Source: Acidobacteriota bacterium (GTDB taxonomy: Bacteria; Acidobacteriota; UBA6911; RPQK01; JAJDTT01). Taken from it: a stretch of 64,000 nt of DNA. The translations under genes and the position numbers were made by a program. Numbering within the stretch: the first letter of the stretch is position 1; each line of letters opens with the position of its first letter. The DNA is taken from the NCBI GenBank assembly GCA_965209055.1, contig OZ242374.1:3520001-3584000 (forward strand). Direction: 5' to 3'. Under the pieces are notes generated by a model. It saw nothing but the letters and a program-made list of their open reading frames with translations. It searched no databases and was not told the origin of the DNA. Of the stretch, positions 45,951 through 55,363 are shown piece by piece.

Positions 45951-48794
45951 ATGATCTGCAGGTCGCGGCGCATCGTCTGGATTCTGGCGTTCTGGCTGCT
46001 GGCGGGTGGCCTGTGTTCCGCCGCCGTTCCGGCACTGGAATCGCATCAATCACCCGCCTCCGACGCGCTGCCCCTGGACCCGGCCGTCACCAAGGGGCGC
46101 CTGGACAACGGGCTCAGCTACTTCGTCCGGGTCCACCGGCAACCGGAGAAGCGGATGGCGCTCTGGCTGGCGGTCAACGCCGGGTCCATGCAGGAGGATG
46201 ACGACCAGCAGGGTCTGGCCCACTTCCTGGAGCACATGGCCTTCAACGGGACGCGCCGGTTCCGGAAGCAGGAGATCGTGGACTACCTGGAGACCATCGG
46301 GATGCGTTTCGGTCCCGACGTCAACGCCTACACCTCGTTTGACGAGACGGTCTACATGCTGGAGGTCCCCACGGACAATCCCGAGTACATGGAGAAAGCC
46401 TTTCTGATCCTCCATGAATGGGCGCAGGGGATCGTCCTGGATCCGGAGGAGGTGGAGAAGGAACGGGGCGTGGTCCTGGAGGAGAGGCGCGCCAGTCTGG
46501 GCGCCCAGTCGCGGATCCGCGACCAGCAGTTTCCGGTCATCTTCAAGGGGTCGCGGTACGCGCAACGCCTCCCCATCGGCACCGAGGAGGTCCTGAAGGC
46601 GGCCCCGCCCGAGGATCTGAAGCGCTTTTATCGAGACTGGTACCGGCCCGACCTGATGGCAGTCATCGCGGTGGGCGACTTCGACGGAAAACAGGTGGAA
46701 AAGGCGATTCAAGAGCGTTTCGGTGACCTCAAGGGACCTGAGAACCCCCGTCGCCGGGCGCTGCACCCGGTTCCGCCCCACGCGGAGACCCTGGTCAGCA
46801 TCGTCACCGATCCGGAGGTGCCCGGCACCTCCGTCTCACTGCTCAAGAAGCTGCCCGCTCTGCCCCAGAACAGCCGGGCCGCCTACCGGCAGATGGTGAT
46901 CGAGCGCCTGTTTCACGCCATGCTCAACGCCCGTCTGGAAGAGAAACGGCGCACCGCCACCGCCCCGTTTCGCTTCTCCATGTCCCAGACCGTACGGTCC
47001 ATGGTCCGGTCCGCCGACATCCTGGTTCAGGCGGCCATGGCCAAACAAGGCCAGATCGCCGAGAGCATGGAGACGCTGCTCACCGAGGTGGATCGGGCCA
47101 CGGTCCATGGTTTTCAGCCCTCGGAGCTGGAGCGGGCCAAGAAGGAGATGCTGCGCGGCTACGAGACCGCCGCCCGGGAGAAGGACAAGGTCCGGTCGCG
47201 GCGCTACACCTCCGAGATTCTGCGGCACTTCCTGGTGGGTGAGGGAATGCCCGGGATCGATTATGAACTGGAGCTGCTCAAGGAGCTGCTTCCCGGCATC
47301 GCCGCCGCCGATCTGAACGCCGTCGCCCGGGAGTGGGGACGTCCCGGAAACCGGGTCGTCACCGTCACCGCGCTGGAAGGAACCCAGGTTCCCGACGAGG
47401 AGGCGCTTCTGGCCCTGATGGACCGCGGCAACCGGCAGACCGAGGCCTATCAGGATCAGGCCAAGGCCGGACCTCTGGTGCCGGAACCACCCGCGGCCGG
47501 CAGCATTGCCGGGGAATCCCGGATCCCGGAACTGGGGGTCACCGTCTGGAAGCTCTCCAACGGGGTTCGGGTGATCCTGAAGCCCACCGACTTCAAGAAC
47601 GACGAGATCCTGCTCTCCGGCTTCAGCCCGGGAGGCCATTCCCTGGCTTCGGACCAGGACTACCCGTCGGCCCTGTACGCCGACTCGGTGGTCGGGACGA
47701 GCGGAGCGGGAGGGTTCAGCGCGGTTGAGCTGGAAAAGACCCTGGCCGGCAAGGTGGTCCGGGTCTCCACCTCGATCTTCGAGCTGGAGGAAACGGTGCG
47801 CGGACGGGCGTCTCCCCAGGACCTGGAGACCATGCTGCAGTTGATCTACCTTCGCATGACGGCTCCCCGCCTCGACCAAGATGCCATCGCCGCGTGGAAA
47901 GCCAATGCCCTGGAATCGGTGCGCAACCGCCTGGTCATGCCCCAGGCCGTCTTCGGCGACCGGCTCCAGGAAGTGTTGAGCCAAAACCATCTCCGGCGCC
48001 GGCCGCCCACCGAGGAAAGCCTGGGCCGGATGGATCCGCAGAAGGCGCTTGAGATCTACCGGGAGCGGTTTCACGACGCCGGCGACTTCACCTTCGTCCT
48101 GGTGGGGAACCTGGACCTGGAAGCTCTCCGGGGACCGCTGCTCACCTATCTGGGCGGGTTGCCCACCAGCCGGCGCGAGGAGGTCTGGAGGGACGTTGGC
48201 GTCCAGTCCCCGAAGAAATCGGTCCGTTTCGAAGTGAACAAGGGGCTCGAGCCCAAGAGCCGGGTTCATATCCAGTATTTGGGCGAAGCCTCCTGGAGCC
48301 GCCAGAGCCGGCATGACCTCACGTCCCTGGCCCGGGTCTTGAGCATCCGCCTGCGGGAAGTGCTCCGGGAGGATATGGGAGGGACCTACGGCGTCCGGGT
48401 GCGGAGCCGAATGCGCCGCCGGCCCACCGAGTCCTACACCTTCACCATCTCCTTCGGCTGTGCTCCCGAGAACGTGGATCAGCTCGTGAAGGCCGCCCTC
48501 GGCGAGATCGAGAAGCTCCGCGAGCACGGAGTGGACGACGAGATCCTGATCAAGGTCCGGGAAGGCCAGATCCGATCCCGGGAAGTGTCCCTGAAACGCA
48601 ACGGCTTCTGGCTGAGCCGCCTGGCCGGCCACTATCGCTACGGCACCGATCCCCGCCTCATCCTGGACTACCGGCCGCTGGTCGAAAGCGTCACCTCCGA
48701 CCGCATGCGGGACACGCTGCGGAAATACCTGAACCTCGAGCGCTACGTTATGGGCGTGCTGAATCCGGAGAAGAGCGCTCCCGCTGGAGAATAG
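45951..48794 (+). CDS. M16 family zinc protease (PqqL-like)
   Basis: Signal peptide; GLAHFLEHMAFNG, NAYTSFDETVY, RLPIG, WYRPD, LSNG..VILKPT, LREDMGGTY. Confidence 0.93.
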   Translation: MICRSRRIVWILAFWLLAGGLCSAAVPALESHQSPASDALPLDPAVTKGRLDNGLSYFVRVHRQPEKRMALWLAVNAGSMQEDDDQQGLAHFLEHMAFNGTRRFRKQEIVDYLETIGMRFGPDVNAYTSFDETVYMLEVPTDNPEYMEKAFLILHEWAQGIVLDPEEVEKERGVVLEERRASLGAQSRIRDQQFPVIFKGSRYAQRLPIGTEEVLKAAPPEDLKRFYRDWYRPDLMAVIAVGDFDGKQVEKAIQERFGDLKGPENPRRRALHPVPPHAETLVSIVTDPEVPGTSVSLLKKLPALPQNSRAAYRQMVIERLFHAMLNARLEEKRRTATAPFRFSMSQTVRSMVRSADILVQAAMAKQGQIAESMETLLTEVDRATVHGFQPSELERAKKEMLRGYETAAREKDKVRSRRYTSEILRHFLVGEGMPGIDYELELLKELLPGIAAADLNAVAREWGRPGNRVVTVTALEGTQVPDEEALLALMDRGNRQTEAYQDQAKAGPLVPEPPAAGSIAGESRIPELGVTVWKLSNGVRVILKPTDFKNDEILLSGFSPGGHSLASDQDYPSALYADSVVGTSGAGGFSAVELEKTLAGKVVRVSTSIFELEETVRGRASPQDLETMLQLIYLRMTAPRLDQDAIAAWKANALESVRNRLVMPQAVFGDRLQEVLSQNHLRRRPPTEESLGRMDPQKALEIYRERFHDAGDFTFVLVGNLDLEALRGPLLTYLGGLPTSRREEVWRDVGVQSPKKSVRFEVNKGLEPKSRVHIQYLGEASWSRQSRHDLTSLARVLSIRLREVLREDMGGTYGVRVRSRMRRRPTESYTFTISFGCAPENVDQLVKAALGEIEKLREHGVDDEILIKVREGQIRSREVSLKRNGFWLSRLAGHYRYGTDPRLILDYRPLVESVTSDRMRDTLRKYLNLERYVMGVLNPEKSAPAGE

Positions 48795-48868
48795 GGAGGG
48801 GAGAGGAGTTCCTACTCTCTGCTCAATTCGGGAAAATTAGAGAAATAGCGCAATGGTTTCGCGACTGC

Positions 48869-49378
48869 CTATAATTTGCGCCCTAATCGTCTGATTCGAT
48901 TCATCACCTCGTGTCTCGGAAGAAAAACGAGGTCATCGTCGCGAAATAGCGTGAGCGCATCGTACAATCTATAAAGCGGTACAGTTCCATGGGATTCTAG
49001 TTCATCTGTCACCCACAGAACGCCGTGGACCTCGATCCCATTGTGTTTGGCGACCTCTCTAAGCAATCCGTCACCGGTAAGAAGGATGCTGTTATCGATA
49101 TCCTCCGCAAGAGCTAGGGCAAAGCAATCGGTGAGCGAGAGTCGTCTATGTCGATTGAAGTGCATCGCGGCTCGGCCGACAGTTGGCCCTGGCAGTTCGA
49201 CCACCTTGAGCCCTCCGGTACAGAGCGTATTTTTTTCCTTCGCGGTGAGGCACAACCATTCGTCCTCGAATAACGTATCTGGCATCGCAAATCTGTAGGG
49301 GAGGGTAAGAACGCCGTCCAAGAGCGCCGCCTTCCGCAGATCGATCATGCAGGATGTGTCACTCACGATGACGCGCAT
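48869..49378 (-). CDS. PIN domain protein (putative RNase toxin)
   Basis: IVSDTS..IDL, LSLTDCFALALA, LLTGD..LR..A....VHGVLW; overlaps the upstream gene. Confidence 0.85.
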   Translation of the reverse strand: MRVIVSDTSCMIDLRKAALLDGVLTLPYRFAMPDTLFEDEWLCLTAKEKNTLCTGGLKVVELPGPTVGRAAMHFNRHRRLSLTDCFALALAEDIDNSILLTGDGLLREVAKHNGIEVHGVLWVTDELESHGTVPLYRLYDALTLFRDDDLVFLPRHEVMNRIRRLGRKL

Positions 49379-50453
49379 CAACCTCAGCAGGGCCTCTCAA
49401 TCCCAGTTCGATTTTATGTAGAGGGCGCTGAAGCAACTCACTAGCCCTGGTTGGCGAAATAAAGCCCTCCGCTAGTGCCCAGTAGCAAAGCCGTTCAAAT
49501 CGCCGCGGCGCCTCGTAACGACCTGCTTTGTCACCCGTCTCTAGCGGTTCCGGTTCATTGGATCTCCAACCTCGCGCGAAGGTTTGGAAAGCATAGCCAA
49601 GCATCGATCTATTGATCACTCCAATTTGGTGAAAGCGCACAAGCAGCGTAGCCGCGCTAATTCGATACATTCGTTTGAGTTGGATCAGCTCCTGATATCC
49701 GATTCGCTTTCGGACCTTGCCAATCTCTCTGATGAGATGAGGGCGCGGTACTAGAAAGGCACCGGCAAAAACATTCGATGCTTTTTCATGATGTACGTGC
49801 GAACTTTCATTGATCAACCGATGCGCCAACTCGTGAGCGAGTGTAAAACGCCGCCTTTCGAGCGTGTGGTTACGGTTTACGACGATCACGGGAACTCTCC
49901 TCGACCGACGTGACGTGCGCGCTAGGCAGGTCAAACCTGAAACTCGCTTTGGCAATTCTAGTACCAGAACCTTGATGCCACGGTCTTCAAGCAGCGACGT
50001 CATGTTCGGTATCGGATCGATCCCCAGTTGCCATTCATCGCGAATGTTCTCGGCGATGTGCTCGCCTTCATGCTCTCGCTTGATTAAACGATCGCCAGAG
50101 CCTGGTATTTGCCATTCTCCACTATCCAGGCCCAAGATTTCCTCGACTGCTAGATAGCGTTGCAAGCGGTCGATCACTTCGGCCTCAACCCTCGCTCTAT
50201 CGACGGCTGAAGTTCTGGAGAGCTTCCGGAACTCTACCCCCTCAATCTCTTCGACCTGTTCGCTCAGAAGATACTCAAGGGACACGCCCAGTACCTTGCA
50301 CAGACGATTCAGAACGCTGGAACTCGGCATCATCTCGGCGCGCTCGTATTTCCCGATAGCCTGGGGCGTGATGGCACCCTCCAGCGCGGTCGACAGTCCG
50401 CGGAGCGAATAGCCAGCCTTTTTTCTGGCGAGTCTCAGTCGTCTTCCAAACAT
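49359..50453 (-). CDS. XRE HTH - ImmA/IrrE (COG2856) zinc metallopeptidase fusion
   Basis: N-terminal HTH (RLRLARK...AIGKYE); RRRFTLAHELAH; FAGAFLVP. Confidence 0.9.
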   Translation of the reverse strand: MFGRRLRLARKKAGYSLRGLSTALEGAITPQAIGKYERAEMMPSSSVLNRLCKVLGVSLEYLLSEQVEEIEGVEFRKLSRTSAVDRARVEAEVIDRLQRYLAVEEILGLDSGEWQIPGSGDRLIKREHEGEHIAENIRDEWQLGIDPIPNMTSLLEDRGIKVLVLELPKRVSGLTCLARTSRRSRRVPVIVVNRNHTLERRRFTLAHELAHRLINESSHVHHEKASNVFAGAFLVPRPHLIREIGKVRKRIGYQELIQLKRMYRISAATLLVRFHQIGVINRSMLGYAFQTFARGWRSNEPEPLETGDKAGRYEAPRRFERLCYWALAEGFISPTRASELLQRPLHKIELGLRGPAEVDARHRE

Positions 50454-50467
50454 GGTTGGTCCTAGGG

Positions 50468-50509
50468 TTGAGGTTTACAACTTCTAATAGTATACTCTGT
50501 TTGTAAACC
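50468..50509. promoter_or_regulatory. Divergent promoter with operator inverted repeat
   Basis: GGTTTACAA-N20-TTGTAAACC perfect 9-bp IR (50472-50509) overlapping TTGAGG-N17-TATACT on +. Confidence 0.6.
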
Positions 50510-50560
50510 GATTGACCGACGTTTCTTGTGAGCGAAAATCAAAGATTGTAGGAGGTTACC

Positions 50561-50785
50561 ATGGCGAAACGTAACCAGCACGTAGTCCCGCACGGAGGTC
50601 AGTGGGCTGTCCGCGGTGCCGGTAGTCGCCGCGCCACTTCTGTACATCCGACTCAACGTGAGGCGATTTCTGTCGCCCGCAGGATTTCCCGGAATCAAGG
50701 CAGCGAACTACTCATTCATGGCAGGGATGGCCGAATCCGGGAGCGTGATTCCCACGGCAGCGACCCGTTCCCACCGACGGGGTGA
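50561..50785 (+). CDS. DUF2188 family protein
   Basis: NQHVVPH.G.WAV.G......TQ.EAI..AR.I.....ELLIHGRDGRIRERDSHG.DP.PP.G; AGGAGG RBS. Confidence 0.88.
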   Translation: MAKRNQHVVPHGGQWAVRGAGSRRATSVHPTQREAISVARRISRNQGSELLIHGRDGRIRERDSHGSDPFPPTG

Positions 50786-50800
50786 GGATAGGAGGAAGAT

Positions 50801-51019
50801 ATGAAGATCACGATGGAAATGCGTTTCAACGGTCGAAAAGTCACGTCATCAGGGCAGTTTGAACGGGAATTTAAGCGTAGTCTTGAGAAGCATACCCAAA
50901 GTGTTCTGAGGAAGGCCGCCGGGCCGGGCCTCCGCATGAAGAAAAACAGAAATGAGTATGTTTTCGAGGGCACCCACGAGCAAATCGAGCGCATGCGTCG
51001 CCGGTTGGGGCTGCGTTAA
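50801..51019 (+). CDS. Small basic hypothetical protein (72 aa)
   Basis: AGGAGG RBS, directly downstream of DUF2188 on the same strand. Confidence 0.65.
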   Translation: MKITMEMRFNGRKVTSSGQFEREFKRSLEKHTQSVLRKAAGPGLRMKKNRNEYVFEGTHEQIERMRRRLGLR

Positions 51020-51069
51020 AAAGGAACATCCACGGCAGTTGTGCCGTCGGCGTTCCCTAGAGCATACAC

Positions 51070-51300
51070 GCTTCTCGTAGAGGACTGGCCGCGACGATCT
51101 CGACTGCTTGGATCCTGTTGATCTATCCCCTCGTCGCTCGGAGGATGACTTCTTGCACCTAAATCTTCCCCCACGGTGCGCGTGGATTCATCTCCATCCC
51201 CGCCTCCTCTCCGTTGGGGGAAAAACTCAATCTAACCTACTCCTGAATGGGCCGGACACATCACGTCTAGGCCCCATCCCGGACAAATAGACTGTCCCCT
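51070..51300 (-). pseudogene. Degraded IS481/ISNCY-like transposase 5' end and element terminus
   Basis: From ATG 51197: MEMNPRAPWGKI*VQEVILRATRG*INRIQAVEIV with in-frame stops; two CCGGACA motifs at ~51252-51285 resemble such IS ends. Confidence 0.5.
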
Positions 51301-51409
51301 TCTCGTCCGGGGGGTGAACAACCACAAGAGGGCGGCCACCAGGATGGCTCCGGCGCCACCCTTCTTGACCCTTGCACGACCCGCATCCTATGATGGCGGA
51401 ACGCGCGAA

Positions 51410-52789
51410 ATGACTCTTTTGATTGCCTTTCTGAGTATTGCCGTCCTTTCCGTATCAAGTCTTTTTGGAGCGCCTGAGGGAGAGGCGAAGGCTGCCGGGG
51501 CGGTGAGCTACTCCCAGGAAATCCAGCCCGTCCTGCAGCGCAGTTGCCAGGGCTGCCACCAGCCTTCCAGCCGTCAGGGTGGACTGGACGTCACCAATTT
51601 CGAGAGTCTTCGGACCGGGGGCCAGCATGGAGCCTCCTTCGTCGCGGGCGCCCCGGACAGGAGCCTTCTCCTGGCGCATCTCACCGGGGACAGGGAGCCT
51701 CGAATGCCGCTGGGTCAGCCGCCGCTGGAGGCTTCCGATATCGAGCTGTTCCGTAAGTGGATCGGGTCGGGGGCCCGGGACGACTCCTCGGAAATGGCGA
51801 CCCGGCTGGCCGGCGGGGAGCCGCCCGTTTACCGTCAACCGCCTGTCATCACCGCCTTGGCCTACTCTCCGGATGGCGGCACGCTGGCGGTGTCCGGCTA
51901 CCGGGAAGTTCTGCTGCACCGGGATTCGGACTCGGTACCCGACGCCAGGCTGGTGGGGACCGCGGACCGGATCCAGTCCCTGGGCTTCACCGCTGACGGC
52001 AAGACCCTCATGGCGGCAGGAGGCAGCCCGGCCAGCTTCGGAGAGGTGCAGTTCTGGGACATGGACTCGGGACGCCTCCTCAGGGCGGTCCGGAGTTGCC
52101 ACGACACCCTCTTCGGGGCTTCGCTTTCTCCAGACGGAACGCGGGTGGCCTTCGGCTGCGCCGACCACACCGTCCGGATCGTGGAAGTCGAAACCGGCAA
52201 AGAGTTGCTGAAGATGAGTCATCATGAGAATTGGGTCCTGGGAACCGTTTTCGGGGTGGACGGTAGACGGATCATATCGGTGGGGCGAGACCGGGCGGCC
52301 AAGCTGGTGGACGCCACCAGCGGGGCCTTCATCGAGAACGTCAATCTGTTGAAGGGAGAGTTGACGGCCATCGCCCGGCATCCCAGCCGCGAGACCGTCG
52401 CCATCGGCGGGGAGGACCGGACGCCGTTTCTATACCGGGTGGACAAGGCTGCCAAAATGCAGATCGCAGACACCACGAACCTGCTCCATGAGTTGGAGAA
52501 GCATGACGGCGAGATTTTCGATCTGGCCTTCAGCCCGGACGGCAAAACGCTGGCCGTATCAGGCGCCTCGAGCCGGGTCTCCCTGTACGACGTGGAGAAG
52601 GGAGCCGCGACGGTCGCTTGCGACGCCGGCCAACAGGGCGTCTACGCCGTAGCCTTCCATCCGGAAGGCGGCAAGCTGGCTATGGGTGGCTTTGACGGCA
52701 ACGTGAGAATCTGCGAGTTGGACTCGGGACGGATCGTTTCCGAGTTCATCCCGGTGCCGATCCAGGGGACGCTGGTTTCGTCCAGGTAG
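51410..52789 (+). CDS. Planctomycete-type cytochrome c domain + WD40 repeat protein
   Basis: Signal peptide; I.PVL..SCQGCH, RMP; WD40 repeats (AYSPDG, AFSPDG); TTGACC-N18-TATGAT upstream. Confidence 0.85.
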   Translation: MTLLIAFLSIAVLSVSSLFGAPEGEAKAAGAVSYSQEIQPVLQRSCQGCHQPSSRQGGLDVTNFESLRTGGQHGASFVAGAPDRSLLLAHLTGDREPRMPLGQPPLEASDIELFRKWIGSGARDDSSEMATRLAGGEPPVYRQPPVITALAYSPDGGTLAVSGYREVLLHRDSDSVPDARLVGTADRIQSLGFTADGKTLMAAGGSPASFGEVQFWDMDSGRLLRAVRSCHDTLFGASLSPDGTRVAFGCADHTVRIVEVETGKELLKMSHHENWVLGTVFGVDGRRIISVGRDRAAKLVDATSGAFIENVNLLKGELTAIARHPSRETVAIGGEDRTPFLYRVDKAAKMQIADTTNLLHELEKHDGEIFDLAFSPDGKTLAVSGASSRVSLYDVEKGAATVACDAGQQGVYAVAFHPEGGKLAMGGFDGNVRICELDSGRIVSEFIPVPIQGTLVSSR

Positions 52790-52849
52790 CCCGGGAATCT
52801 GACACTGGGCGGGTGTAAACTGAGCGTAAACCGACGGTACGCTAATTCC

Positions 52850-55342
52850 ATGGACGCACCCATGAACGAATCTGGTCCCTTCCAGCGAACAGGACATCGA
52901 GCCGGTCGTGTCACCGTGTTGCTGTCCCTGCTCAGCGGGTCCCTCCTGCTGGCTGAAGCCCCGCTGTTGAAACAGTTGCATCCGCCCGGCGCTCAAAAAG
53001 GGTCGGCCGTGACCCTGACTCTGTCGGGAACGGGACTGGGCGGGAATCTGGAGGTCCTCTCATCGCTTCCTGGTAGCTACACTCCGCTGGCGGCGCTGGC
53101 CCCGGACACCCCGGCTCCGGACGTGAAATCGGCAGCCTTTCTGGTGGAGGTTCGAAAAGACGCGCCCTCCGGCCTTTACCCCATTCGCGTTCGCAGCGAC
53201 CGGGGACTTTCCAACGTCCTGCTCTTTTCAGTGGGTGATTTTCCCGAAGTCAACGAGGAGAAGGGAGGGTCCAACGACACTCCCGCGACAAGCCGGACCG
53301 TGCCGGTCCCGGCGACGGTGAACGGGACCTTGGAGGGACCGGACCGCGACATCTATCGGTTCCGTGCCCGGGAAGGGAAGAGGGTCGTCCTTGAGGTGGA
53401 GAGCCGCCGGATCGCTTCGGCACTGGACCCTGTTCTGCTGGTGCTCGATTCCAAGGGGAAACAGGTCGCCAGAAATGATGACGCTGCCGGGATCGGCGTC
53501 GATTCACGCCTCGACCTGAAACTTCCCGAGGGCGATTACTATGCGGTGGTCCACGACGCCCGTTTCAGCCGCCAGGACCAGAACTTCTATCGCCTCAAGA
53601 TAGGCGCCTTCGACTACGCCGAGGGGGTCTTTCCCCTGGGTTGGCAGAGAGGTGGAGAGATCCGGGTCGAAATGCTGGGGGGACATGGCGCCGGTCCCCG
53701 GGAGATCCCTCTGGACCTGTCGGGAGTGGACCAGGACTACGTGATGCTGCAGGTTCCCGGAGCGCCGGGCGCGCTTCCGCTGCCCTTCGTCGTGGGCGAC
53801 CTTCCCGAGCGACTGGAACGGGAGGACCTGCCGTCGGAAGTGCTGGAACCCTCAACGGTGGTCAACGGGCGAATCTCGGCGCCCGGCGAAGTCGACCGCT
53901 ATCGTCTCCAGGTTGCACCGGGTGAGGAGTGGTCGGTTCATCTGGCAGGTTCGCGGTTGGGCACGACACGCCTCTTCGGTCGGGTTTCGGTCCTGGATTC
54001 CGAGGGGAAGATACTGGCCTCGGGAGGCGATCGGGTGCCCTTGAGGAATGACTCGTTCCGGACCCACGGCGCCGTCAGCCGCGATCCCCACCTGAAATTC
54101 AAGGTCCCCGATGGGGCGCGGGAAGTGACCGTCACCGTGGAGGATCTGGTAGGGCGCGGCGGTTCCGATTACGCCTACCGGCTATCGGCGTGGCGAGGCG
54201 GGGGCGATTTCACGATCAGCTTGCTGACTCCGTACTTGAATGTCCCTCGAAACGGCACCGCATGGATCGAAACCAGGATCGATAGACGGGGATATACCGG
54301 AGCCGTCCGGTTGGAGGTCCCGGATGCAGGAGAGGATCTGCTGGTGGAGGGGGGTGAGGTGCCCCCCGAATTGGTGGCTCCCGAGAGTCCCTTCCGCTCC
54401 ACCACCGGGATCCTGACCGTCACGGCCAAGGGCGGAGCCTCCCTGGGAGTCCGCCGGGTTTCGGTCCGGGGAACGGCCGTGTTGCCCGACGGCACCCGAA
54501 TCGAACGCTGGGCCGAGGCGCCGGGTCTCGTGACTGCCGTCAAGCCGGGAACGGGATTGCCGGAACCCGCCATGCGGATGCGGGAAGAGCCCTTTACGGC
54601 TCCCTGGCTGGGTCTTGGATTGCCGGTGAACGTGCGCCCGGGGGTTCCCGTTCGCCTGGAATTGGCGGGAGTGACTTCGGAGCGCCTGTTGCCCGGCATG
54701 GATCAGCGAGTGACTTGGCGCATGGTGGCCGCCGATCCCGCGGTGACGCTGCCGCGGGAGCTCACGACCAATCGAGCAATCACCCGCGAACTGCGGATCC
54801 GGACCGTGAAAGGGCAGGGGGAACCGGGCGCCGGCGCCATTGTCCTTGCCACCACCATGGGCACGGTCCATGGAAAGTTCAACTTCCTGGCGGAGGGCGA
54901 AGTGGAGTTCCGGGGACGGAAGCAGATGGTCCGGAGCCGCGCGCTGACCTTCGACGTGGTGCAGGGCTACCACATCCGGGTGGCGGAAACGAGTCTGACG
55001 CTCCAGCCGGGTGGTCGTGGGCAATTGCGGGGCCGGGTCGAACGCGATCCGCTTTTCGACCGGTCGGTAAACGTTCAGCCTGAGAATTTCCCGAATGGGG
55101 TTCTTTGCGAGTCGGTCCAAGTGGACCCGGAGCAGGAGGAATTTCGGATCCCTTGCACAGCCGGTGAATCGGTTCAGCCGGGTGAGTACGCCATTGAGTT
55201 GTCATCGTCCTCGACTCTGGCGACCCGAACGGAAACGCAGGTTCCCTATCGGATTCCATCCGTGGCAACCCGTTTGATCGTCGCGGGCAAGGAGTCGAAG
55301 AAGAACGAAGCGGGCGTGGTTTCTCTCCGGACGAGGGACTAA
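52850..55342 (+). CDS. PPC (pre-peptidase C-terminal) repeat protein of DUF1501 clusters
   Basis: HPPGAQKG, VNG.L..PDRDIY.F, LDPVL, VNGRI..PGEVD.Y. Confidence 0.75.
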   Translation: MDAPMNESGPFQRTGHRAGRVTVLLSLLSGSLLLAEAPLLKQLHPPGAQKGSAVTLTLSGTGLGGNLEVLSSLPGSYTPLAALAPDTPAPDVKSAAFLVEVRKDAPSGLYPIRVRSDRGLSNVLLFSVGDFPEVNEEKGGSNDTPATSRTVPVPATVNGTLEGPDRDIYRFRAREGKRVVLEVESRRIASALDPVLLVLDSKGKQVARNDDAAGIGVDSRLDLKLPEGDYYAVVHDARFSRQDQNFYRLKIGAFDYAEGVFPLGWQRGGEIRVEMLGGHGAGPREIPLDLSGVDQDYVMLQVPGAPGALPLPFVVGDLPERLEREDLPSEVLEPSTVVNGRISAPGEVDRYRLQVAPGEEWSVHLAGSRLGTTRLFGRVSVLDSEGKILASGGDRVPLRNDSFRTHGAVSRDPHLKFKVPDGAREVTVTVEDLVGRGGSDYAYRLSAWRGGGDFTISLLTPYLNVPRNGTAWIETRIDRRGYTGAVRLEVPDAGEDLLVEGGEVPPELVAPESPFRSTTGILTVTAKGGASLGVRRVSVRGTAVLPDGTRIERWAEAPGLVTAVKPGTGLPEPAMRMREEPFTAPWLGLGLPVNVRPGVPVRLELAGVTSERLLPGMDQRVTWRMVAADPAVTLPRELTTNRAITRELRIRTVKGQGEPGAGAIVLATTMGTVHGKFNFLAEGEVEFRGRKQMVRSRALTFDVVQGYHIRVAETSLTLQPGGRGQLRGRVERDPLFDRSVNVQPENFPNGVLCESVQVDPEQEEFRIPCTAGESVQPGEYAIELSSSSTLATRTETQVPYRIPSVATRLIVAGKESKKNEAGVVSLRTRD

Positions 55343-55363
55343 ATAGTTTAATCGGGGGCGTCT

